Assembly: GCA_048013815.1 (NCBI GenBank)
Contig: CM106586.1
Location: 24,469,334 to 24,533,333 of the forward strand
DNA: 64,000 nt
Direction: 5' to 3'
From: Setoptus koraiensis
Lineage: Eukaryota; Animalia; Arthropoda
The translations under genes were made by a program, and so were the position numbers. Positions 8,542-18,297 of this stretch are shown one piece after another. The number at the start of each line of letters is the position of its first letter. Position 1 is the first letter of the stretch. The notes under the pieces are model-generated. The model saw only the letters and a program-made list of their open reading frames with translations. It did no database searches and had not been told where the DNA came from.

Positions 8542-9380
8542 GGGTATTCTATACAAGAGCGCCACACTCCGATTTCAATGAAACTTCACACACGGGGCCC
8601 GCAGGGCCTCGGAACACTAACTTCGCTAGTCCGGAAGTGCGGAAACTTCCGGTTCCGGTTTTAGAAAAAATTTGAGATACAGACTCGAAATTCGGTACAC
8701 AGCCTGATCAGAGCATATGCAACATACTGACGCCAATTTCAGATCTGAACAACTTCTGGTTCTCATAATATTGTCAATTGAAAAGGCATTCGCAGCGAGA
8801 AAACTGCAGCCCTGTCAGAAGCTGTACTTGCGCAATTGGTCGGAATTACGTTGATTGATGAACTGTCAGATCTGACAACTGCGCAATCGATGGGATGCTC
8901 CCAGTTCGCAATCATCTGATCATCTCTTCTGTCGGTGTGTGGATTGCAGTCACGTGAGCGGAGGGTAGAGGGCGCAGCCCGATACCCGAAGCGCTCATCA
9001 ACCCTACCCGAAGGGTTCCCGTCGCACGCAGTCGTCGCGGGAGCGACGACGGAGATGTGACGGCCTCCAAATTACGAGGCCGCAGGCCGAGTTCTCAGAC
9101 CCATCACAAGCTGAGCGAAGCTGAGGCATATTTCTGCCATTCCTTGCTGTATCTGATGCGACCTCATCAAAGTACCAAAAATTACCTCGAAAAAATACCT
9201 GCAAATCCCCAAGCGGCTGTCGGGTACCGTGAAACGCCCACTGAGCGGTACCTCGGTCATCTCGGGAACGAGGAATTTCCGCACTTCCGGAATACCCATT
9301 GCGGTATCAGGGTACAATACCCTACCCGAAAATACCCAAAATACCCCGAAAAAAGTGTGGCGCTCTTGTATAGAATAACC
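8542..9380 (+). mobile_element. Non-autonomous TIR element A (839 bp; 27-bp TIR, 8-bp TSD; GG termini, Merlin-like signature)
   Basis: Left TIR gggtattctatacaagagcgccacact (8542-8568) and right TIR agtgtggcgctcttgtatagaataacc (9354-9380), 1 mismatch. TSD aaactctt at 8534-8541 and 9381-9388. Confidence 0.9.
8940..9100 (+). other. 161-bp GC-rich hairpin-rich core, copy 1
   Basis: Differs from 9950-10110 at only 4 positions; contains several perfect stems. Confidence 0.9.
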
Positions 9381-9548
9381 AAACTCTTCATTTGATTCAA
9401 GCTTCAACGACATCGAAATCATATATCGTATGCTGTGATTAGTTGTGTGATCCTCCTAACAAATACAAATGAATTCTACATGAACTGTATCTCAAACGAT
9501 CGATGCAGGCAAGAAGTCAATCTATTATTTGAATTTGTTGAATTTCGT

Positions 9549-10417
9549 GGGTGTTCTTGCGATTAGGTCCCCACTCAGATTTCGATGAAACTTCACACAT
9601 GGGTCCCGTAGGGGCCCCATATCATGGAATGAGTAGACCGGAAGCCAGGAAACTTCCGGTTCCGGAGTTACCAAAAGATCGAGATAGAGCTTTGAAAATT
9701 CATAATCGGATAGATGACGCCTAGCGGAGCACGATGAAATCAAAATTAATCTTCTGCCGCTTCCGGTTACCTAGATATAGCTGTTTAACGCAAAAAAGGG
9801 TGTGGCCGGGCCCTGTGCGGTCGCGATGAGCGGACCCATCCTGTGCCTCGTGCGCGCAACACCCTGTATCCATGTCTGTTTCGGTCATTTTAACCCTGAA
9901 TATCAACGAATTAGTTGGTTCGTTCACTCTTCCCGCCTGCAGCTCTGTTTGGATTGCAGTCATGTGAGCGGAGGGTAGAGGGCGCAGCCCGATACCCGAA
10001 GCGCTCATCAACCCTACCCGAAGGGTTCCCGTCGCACGCAGTCGTCGCGGTAGCGACGACGGAGATGTGACGGCCTCCAGAATACGAGGCCGCAGGCCGA
10101 GTTCTCAGACACACCGCATGTGCATCCCTGAGCGCAGCGAAGCAATAATTTGGTCACTTCCGGTATTCTAACCCCAGTAATATCTCTATATCTCGAAAAC
10201 CGGAAGTCGCACAGAGCTGAAAATTATGTCATCGTGTTCATCGTAGCTTGAAACGTCTCTGTAGTGAATTTCAGAGCTCTAGCTTTAACTTTATGTAAAA
10301 CCGGAACCGGAAGTTTCCTGGCTTCCGGACCACTTTTTTCGTCTTAGTTAGGTCAGAATAGACCTATACCGGAAGTTTCATCAAGATCCGGTTGGGGACC
10401 TAATCGCTAGAACAACC
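9549..10417 (+). mobile_element. Non-autonomous TIR element B (869 bp; about 25-bp TIR, 8-bp TSD), related to element A
   Basis: Left end gggtgttcttgcgattaggtcccca and right end tggggacctaatcgctagaacaacc. TSD aatttcgt at 9541-9548 and 10418-10425. It shares the gatttcratgaaacttcacac and ccggaag...ggaaacttccggttccgg motifs with element A. Confidence 0.9.
9950..10110 (+). other. 161-bp GC-rich hairpin-rich core, copy 2
   Basis: Copy of 8940-9100 at an offset of exactly 1010 bp. Confidence 0.9.
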
Positions 10418-10431
10418 AATTTCGTTTATTA

Positions 10432-10737
10432 TTTGGGTTACCCGGGTGTCCCGGGTGACCCAGTGGGTCGAGAAGGGTCGAGAAGGGCTGCCCGGGTCGA
10501 CCCATGGGTGAAATTGGGTGAAAATGGCTGACCCGGGTGACCCAGTGGGTGAAAAATGGGTCAAGATGGGTTGCCCGGGTCGCCCAGCGGGTAGAACTGG
10601 GCGAAAATGAGCTACCCGGCTCGCCCGTGGGTCAATTTGATGGGTGGGTCGGGGTGGGTCGACCCATGGGCAGACATTTACCCACTGGGTCGCGCCAGTG
10701 GGAAGGCAGATGGGCGACCCAAAATGGGTCACCCACT
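10432..10737. repeat. GC-rich array of CCCGGG / ACCCATGGGT / GGGTCGACCC palindromic motifs; probably a truncated MITE
   Basis: Dense gacccggg, gggtcg and cccatggg motifs in both orientations. The right end reads TAGTGGGTGACCC on the minus strand. Confidence 0.55.
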
Positions 10738-13115
10738 AGCCTGCGCCACCATCACTACTCACACCTACGGTAGTAGGGACGCGGGTATAGAAGGCGTGAC
10801 ACGTGGAGGCAATGTGCGGGCTTTGATGCCCCAACGGTGTCATACATGCTAGTGTGCGGTATGCCAATCTAGCAGTGCAAGTGAGCTCGCGCACCATAAC
10901 AAGAAGCGACTCAAACTCATGGCTCATCATGAGTCATGGGCGAGACGAAAACCCATGAAGCAACTCGTCGACTCGTATTCACTCTCTATTGGCAATGGCA
11001 AAGGTGGCCAACGAGAGATGCTAATGTGTGCGTTCTTGTTGTTGTTGTTGTTACTGTCGCTGTTTATGGTGCCTGCATCTTGCAAACTCAATGCAAGACA
11101 CAGCTCCTCACATGACCGTAGACTATTCTTTAGAACTGCACAATATCATCTCATGCTCATCTCTCCAGTGAATCGTCTTCTATCCGTTAATTGAGCCCAA
11201 ATTGAGGTGAATTATTCACGGTGAATAATTTCTACGAAACACGCCACAGTCCGCTTCACTTGTTGAGCGGCTGACCTGTGCCTTCCACTGAACTGTGTCA
11301 ATTTGCCATCCAACCAATACCACATTCCTATTAGCTTGACATAACCAAGCCCAACTTAACAGCTAATCTGCTAGGCCACGGCGAGCCGTCTCTGTTGAGG
11401 TGCACTTTACTTGAACAAATAACTTCGCACTTCAGAAGTGGACAAACTTTAACTTGAATTCTGCAAGCTACTTATCGAGGATCGAGCTACTAACTCCTGT
11501 CAGACACGAGCAAATCATGTTTTTGTTTGTTTCTCGATATCTCAATTTCAATCTTCCGCAATCCTGCAAACAACTTCTTGCCTCAAACATTACCTGTGCA
11601 TTTACCTTTACACATAACACACTTAACAGGTATTGCTTTAAGATGAATAAAAGTAGCTCAATTGATACATGAGTGTTAGTATGAAGCTCTTCCCTTATCC
11701 TATTAATGGCCATACCATTGACACAATACGTGTTTGCATTTGGTTAAGGCGACGACATGACTCACTCCCTCTATCTCTCTCCAATATTGGCTTTCTTTGC
11801 CTGCTAGACAACAGAAAAATAATTACTCTCGCAAAAGGAATGAGTATCATGTTTGCAACAACAACAACTCTTTGATATCTCTTCTTTTTCACATGTTTCA
11901 TTGATGAACTCAACAACAGCTCGTGAGACTGCTTCCTGTTCTCTTTAAATCACACCTCACTGCTTCTCAACGAGATTACCGCCATGCAGTAGTTTCTCTT
12001 TTGTTGCGCGTTACTAAATTCGTGATTGTCATTTTTGTATGTTTGTTAGTTTCGCAAAAGGCTGTAACATGTAATGATACATGAATATACTAACGATCAA
12101 TCAGGTAATAACTATCATTCAATTCTAAATCCATCATTATGATACCTTTACTGGTAATGAGACATTACCAGATCCATGTAACCAACTCAATCCAATCCAT
12201 CATATATGTGTGCGTACATTACCATACTTCCGTCATCTCATTAGCAATAAAAATACATTAGGCGTGTGCTAGCGTGCAAAATACTAGCTAGCTCACCAGA
12301 CCAATGTGAAAGCTAAGTGAAATTAAATATATTTAATTGATCTAACAAGGCACGATACCAATGTCGTGTCTTGTCAGGATTACCACCTGACACAAAGCTG
12401 GCAGCTATTTGTCGTCAAAGGGTTAAGATAAATTTAGCCTCAGATTCTTGTTATTTCTTCGTTCGTTACATTGGTAGAATGGAAATCAAACTAAGAAATT
12501 TGCATACCTGTCCGCGATGCTGATGTTAACAATAGTCATTGTTAAACTAGTATTCACGCTTTGGATTACATAGACTTTTGTACAAGCTTACTATTGTATA
12601 ACAGTTTTGTGTTTATTGCTCTTGTTACCTATTAACACGGTGTCATGAAATAGAATGACAGCTACAATAGTAAGATGATGTCCAGACTAAGATTCTAGGA
12701 ACGACGCAACAGAAAAAAACCACGAACCCAAATACTATACGGAGGTCTCGCGCAGCATTATGGTACTCTAGTGAAGACGTTCTATTGTTCAAAAATACAA
12801 TACAATAATATATTCTAGCAGCATTCACTCGGTAGTTGGTATTGCAGTAAAAGTTATCGTAGCTGAAATTGCACAGTTATTTAGCTTAATTGTGCAAAAC
12901 GTTTATGTGTGAAATTACATTACATTAGAGCATCACATCCTGCCAAACTTATGGTGTTTATACAAGGATTTGTTTCAGTATAAAAAATTGAGATACAAAA
13001 GTTTGTTTATCATGATTTATCTCAGGTTGTTTGTTTGACCTTTGATGTATATAAATATATATAAAAAGTAATCAATGACAAGTAATAAAATTAGTGCGAA
13101 GTGGTAGTTAGTTAT

Positions 13116-13568
13116 CTATCTATAACTGTTTTGCATATTCAAATTAGATTGTTTTAACATCATCTGAGTTTGGCACTGGTATATTTCTTGAGGGGGCAAC
13201 TGGTTCTGACCACCATTCATGAAAATCTGTTGATAATTTGACTTGCTCGCCGGTTGATTCAAACTAGATTGACCTGGAACAACATTCATAATGGACGAGT
13301 TGTATGGCAGCGCAGACATGCTGGTTGATTGAGCAACACCAGATTGAGCAAAAATAGTTCTGTTACCTTGAGATATTGATGTGTTTTGAGAGTATTGCAA
13401 TTGTTTGTTGGCGTAAGTAGTTTGTTGGGTTTTAGCGAGTGCGTTCTGTTGGTTGATATTAAATTCTACGGATTTACGCTTTTTACAACCTTCTTGCCGG
13501 GGAGTTCTATCAGCCTCGCTACAAGCGACACTGACGTAGTCCTTTATTTGTTGAGCGATTTGAGGTGC
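13116..13568 (-). CDS. MyTH4-FERM myosin, last exon
   Basis: Acceptor aaaag|GCA. APQIAQQIKDYV completes the FERM F3 lobe and is followed by a Q/N/S-rich tail; stop at 13116. Confidence 0.85.
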   Translation of the reverse strand, partial: APQIAQQIKDYVSVACSEADRTPRQEGCKKRKSVEFNINQQNALAKTQQTTYANKQLQYSQNTSISQGNRTIFAQSGVAQSTSMSALPYNSSIMNVVPGQSSLNQPASKSNYQQIFMNGGQNQLPPQEIYQCQTQMMLKQSNLNMQNSYR

Positions 13569-13661
13569 CTTTTTGAAATTAGATAACAATTGAGGATAAT
13601 TAATTGATGATATCTAATTTAAGAAATGCATCTTTTTGGAAGTAACTGTCATTACACTTAC

Positions 13662-13781
13662 TTGTTTTGAGTAGAATATGTACTTAACCAACTTATCGGA
13701 TGACATCTTAGATATCAACAGAAGATAATTCTTTGAGCTATACTCCAACATGGAGCGATATTCGCATCCTGCAAGAACCTC
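13662..13781 (-). CDS. MyTH4-FERM myosin, penultimate exon (40 codons)
   Basis: Acceptor catgtag|GAG and donor CAA|gtaagt, phase 0 on both sides. Reads EVLAGCEYRSMLEYSSKNYLLLISKMSSDKLVKYIFYSKQ. Flanking introns are 94 and 93 bp. Confidence 0.85.
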
Positions 13782-13875
13782 CTACATGGGAAAACATTAA
13801 AAATACAAAAAAAAAATATCAGTACTTAAAAATTATACCAAACAAGAGCTATATGTAATATTTCATTAAACCTAC

Positions 13876-16176
13876 CTTTGTCTTTGAGGCCAATATATGG
13901 AGACCACTTTGATCGATTGCTAACCAAAGCTCTCTAGGCCAAGCTGACGCGAACATTTGTTCGGCTTCATATATTGAGGCTCTGTGCAACAAAATTGATC
14001 CGTTACTGAAAGCATTCGCATAATTGGCACGAGCAAATGATTCGATGAGGTTGAAGAATGCAACTTTGGCTTCCGATTTAGTCATGTCTCTCATAGCTTG
14101 ATGATGAATCGCGATATCTTGAAGTGGTATCATCTTGTGGGTTCTTTGAGGCATCATTTCCATCCACTTTGTACAATAAAGACTGTCAGCCGATCTAGAT
14201 GGAATCTGTAAATTTGAGATTTGACCACCGCAGTCTATTTGTGTCTTCAAAGCACACAAATATGCACCTTCTCCTTTATCAAGTGGAAATCTATCCTGCC
14301 TGATATTTGTGATTACTTGATGATACAATAGCTGTTTCTCTACTGGATCATCTAAATCCACATTGCTCGAGGTGAAGAGATATTTCTTAAAAATGAATAG
14401 GTGAACCCTATTCTTAGTTATGGTGCTCATCGGTGCATTGAATGATCCAGAAGCGTTCGATCTAGTATCACTATTGCTATTCATCTGTTGCATGTGGCGT
14501 TGGAGTTCCTCCTCTTGCCTCTCTTTGTGCCATAGCTCCCAATAGGATATTGCGTCACCAACTTTTTCATTTGGCTGTAACACTTGCTCAGAATGATCAT
14601 CTAATGGTTGAAACAGCGCATAACCGTCTGCATTCTTTCTCAGACCGATCTTCAGTTTGATTTGCTCTACCACTTTTCCGATGGTGACACAAGGACCAAA
14701 CTCAACTGTTTGACGCTGTCCATCTAAGAAATAAACAGTTGCATTGATTTGCCTGCAATTTATTGTACTGAGGATTTCGGATTCTGAAGGCACCAACTTT
14801 CTTCCTTTTGTCTCCATCGTTCCTTGTAGATTCCTTAGAGTAAATTGAGCGTATTGACCTTCATCTGTTACTTGATCAAGTGAACATCGCCTAAGGTGAG
14901 AATACAGATATCTAAGAATTTTTCTATCACTTGGATAAGTAACACTACATGCTAATGCTAGTAATTGCCAATGACGAGTATTGATTTGACTATTTGGATC
15001 TGGATGGTCAGTTGTTTGCTTAATAAGTTGCAAGAAGAATTCATTACGCAATATGTCAGCATCCTTCCTCAAACATCTATCTAAAATTCCTTGAGCTAGT
15101 TTTATTTGCTCGCTTTGGTTGATTGGGCGTGGGCAAACATCATAAATCTCTGTTGAAGAAGAAGATGATGGACTACCATTTTTAGCTATAGTTGACAGAC
15201 TCTGTTGGCTAGCTATACCGGAATCAATGGAGCCTGAATCACCGGATGATGTACCCATAGATGAGTCTATGGTTGAATAATCAGAATTTAGAATGTTCAA
15301 GCCCGAATAGGTCAAAATCGAATTGAAGTTTGCCAGAGCGGTTTCCTCCAAATCTCTATCATATATTATTAATAGACTGTTATTAAGAGGATATTTACTA
15401 TATGCCCAGTAACTATGAGGATATTGCTTAGTCCACCCATCGATATCTTTGGCCGTTGTAGCACCTCCGAGCATCGACTCTTTCGTTTCGTAGATGTTCT
15501 GATTGGATTCATTATAAACACCATAATCCGAGTATGTATGGGACAATTCGATTTTATCTCTACATGTGTCATAGATAGACTCAGCTTTATTCCTTTCAGC
15601 TTTAGATTTGCTAGAAGACCACTTTCGCAATGTATTTCGCATAGAGCTATTCGCCAAATCCCCAATGGGGCTTCTAAGCATGCCCGACTTGCTGAGAGCG
15701 TGTCTGGCTATCTGGACATCTTGATGTAATCGCATTCGGTCCTCGAGCGTCATTTTCAATTTCCTTTTTCTACCCATAAGACAGGGGTCTATGATGAAAT
15801 CTGAGTCCGATTGTTGTGATGTATTGCTGTATCCTGTCCAATTAATACCATGAGCAGCCGAGTAGCTTGTAATCAATAGAGCAATATCCTCTTTATCTTT
15901 TGTCTGAAAAGTTAAGCACCTGAGTGTGGTGTTAGCGCGTTCCAGTAGATTTATTTGAAGCAGGTTTTCCTCAGTGTAGATAGTTATTTTCGGTTCAATT
16001 TCTTCATATCTGTAAAAATTGATTCTGTTCTTATGTTCTGTGTCCAGAATTTCAACACCCTCGAAATTTACACTCAGAAAAACTTGAGGTCCAATCATTT
16101 GATAGCCAAGATATGTGGCGCTATAAAGACTGGATCCATAAAGTCGACAATGTTGCATGGTCAACGATAGATAACG
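13876..16176 (-). CDS. Unconventional myosin tail: end of FERM1, MyTH4, FERM2 (class VII/X/XXII-like; no SH3 seen); 5' part lost in the gap
   Basis: MyTH4 motifs WAYSKYPLNNSLL, LRNEFFLQLIKQTT, WQLLALAC and GRKLVPSESEI. FERM F1 start VYFLDGQRQTVEF. Donor AAG|gtaggt at 13875. Confidence 0.9.
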
Positions 16177-16676
16177 NNNNNNNNNNNNNNNNNNNNNNNN
16201 NNNNNNNNNNNNNNNNNNNNNNNNNNNNNNNNNNNNNNNNNNNNNNNNNNNNNNNNNNNNNNNNNNNNNNNNNNNNNNNNNNNNNNNNNNNNNNNNNNNN
16301 NNNNNNNNNNNNNNNNNNNNNNNNNNNNNNNNNNNNNNNNNNNNNNNNNNNNNNNNNNNNNNNNNNNNNNNNNNNNNNNNNNNNNNNNNNNNNNNNNNNN
16401 NNNNNNNNNNNNNNNNNNNNNNNNNNNNNNNNNNNNNNNNNNNNNNNNNNNNNNNNNNNNNNNNNNNNNNNNNNNNNNNNNNNNNNNNNNNNNNNNNNNN
16501 NNNNNNNNNNNNNNNNNNNNNNNNNNNNNNNNNNNNNNNNNNNNNNNNNNNNNNNNNNNNNNNNNNNNNNNNNNNNNNNNNNNNNNNNNNNNNNNNNNNN
16601 NNNNNNNNNNNNNNNNNNNNNNNNNNNNNNNNNNNNNNNNNNNNNNNNNNNNNNNNNNNNNNNNNNNNNNNNNNNN
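16177..16676. other. Assembly gap (exactly 500 N)
   Basis: Run of n; the round length suggests a nominal size. Confidence 0.99.
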
Positions 16677-16742
16677 TTGCATTGGCTTCACTAACAAATC
16701 CATTAGTCTGAGACGTTCGCAATCCTTTCGGGTCTCACACCA
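16677..16742 (-). CDS. PLEKHG5: PLEKHG5-like RhoGEF, DH-domain exon (truncated by the gap)
   Basis: Acceptor taaag|TGG; WCETRKDCERLRLMDLLVKPMQ is the conserved DH helix leading into KPMQR. Confidence 0.9.
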
Positions 16743-17564
16743 CTTTAGCGGCAGCAGCAGTTGTTGTCGTTGTTGTTGTTTTACAAAAAAGTCACGACGT
16801 CGATAAAGCGATTTGAGTTTGTTTGGTCGGTTGTTTAGTTGTCGTCGTGTGTCGATTGAGTGTCCAGATAAATGGTCTCGACAGAATGAGGCGTCCATCG
16901 GCAGAATGTGTTAAATGCAAGATGATCCAAAATAGTCTCACATGGTTTCAAATAGTTGATGACGAGATGGTGTTTCCGAGAAGACAAATTTCATTTTGTC
17001 ATTTTGATTGAATTTGTCGCAGACGAACCCATCAGCAAGCGGCCGGTCAATCAGTGAAGTAAAATTTCATAATAGTGATTGATAAATAAATAAGAGTTGT
17101 TGTGGATTTGGATGGCGCCCGATTTATTTGACCAATTGCAAGAGTTGATGACCATCATTTTCACGTTTCAGACAGTTGTTTTGTTGTGAGTGTCAGGTGA
17201 TTAGTTGTGATAATAAAGAGGAGAAAATAAAAGGGTCGTTTAGAGAGTGATTGTCATGGTGTGAGCGTACTGTATTTCAACCTAGTGATTTCAACGAATA
17301 CATTTGTTCCATCTCGTGAATAGTCCAGCAGCAGATTCAGAAATAATCGTATCAGAAACATACACAGTTTATATGTTTGGATACAGCATAATCGTCACTT
17401 CTGCGCGGACTGTGTCAGAGAAAATAAATAAATCCACTTTTCATTTTTTTTTTCTCTTGTTGTGCGTCATCAAGATTAATGGTTCACTCGAACACAAATT
17501 CATTTTTTGCGTTTATTTTGCGATAATATTGATAAATGGTCACAAATGACCCAATCATACTCAC

Positions 17565-17675
17565 CACTACATAAGCCTTGTAGAGTTCGTTGTCGCGCTT
17601 GTTTTCTTTAACGTACCTAAGACACATTGAATGATCTAAGCAGTACTTGTAATAAGGCTGAAACAATTTGCTCAT
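17565..17675 (-). CDS. PLEKHG5: PLEKHG5-like RhoGEF, DH-domain exon
   Basis: ttcag|ATG...GTG|gtgagt; MSKLFQPYYKYCLDHSMCLRYVKENKRDNELYKAYVV; phase 0. Confidence 0.92.
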
Positions 17676-17786
17676 CTGAACCATGGTCAGCGAGACAAGC
17701 GAATGGTAAGTCAGTATTGGTCGTGTAAGTTTTTTGTGTTAGGTTTACGATAGACGCATTTCCTGGTTGGTGATGCCACTGCTTAC

Positions 17787-17936
17787 CTGAAAGAAGCCAC
17801 TTCTCATTATCAGTGGGTCAAGAGGACATTTTAAAGCGCGCGATTTACTCAGCATTGGCAATAAGTGCACTGTCCAAAATTGACAATTTGCCGAATAAAT
17901 CTCGGTAATATTACTCAGCATTTTGTTTCTGTCAAT
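17787..17936 (-). CDS. PLEKHG5: PLEKHG5-like RhoGEF, DH-domain exon
   Basis: atcag|ATT...CAG|gtaagc; IDRNKMLSNITEIYSANCQFWTVHLLPMLSKSRALKCPLDPLIMRSGFFQ (50 codons). Confidence 0.92.
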
Positions 17937-18297
17937 CTGATAATAATAACGATATGATGTGTGTGAGAAAGTTGTTGTTGATTAACATGACATTTATAGG
18001 CAATTTAAGAAAGGCAACGCTAAATGTATGACAAGTGGCTAATGACAAGTGTTTAGTGTTGTAGCAAAAACAAACAGTAAGCTGCCTAGACAAAAAACAT
18101 ATCAGAAAAATCATTCTCAGATTGAATGGGAATGTTTAAAATGGGAAAAACAAGTGACCGAGTTTTCAGGCAATACGTGACAAAACGTAAATATGAGCGT
18201 TTTCCTCTGACGCTTATTCGACATAGATACAATTTGCACTGTATCGATAAAGGTGTGCAACATATGGGGGTGCTTGTCATATTAGTCAAGTAGTTAC

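Noticed and set aside
8940-9100. Hammerhead or HDV-like ribozyme in the shared core
   Set aside because: The minus strand has UUGAUGAG but no GAAA after stem II. The possible pseudoknot lacks the P3/L3, P1.1 and P4 elements of HDV-like ribozymes.
10900-12000. Possible decayed RING-finger gene on the minus strand (KCKHVLC...KCVMCK)
   Set aside because: Fragments lie in different frames with many stops; Cys/His spacing could not be confirmed.
12480-12830. GPCR-like snippets (VFGFVVFFCCVVP; ISIADRY)
   Set aside because: The order is inconsistent with 7TM topology and the fragments are too short.
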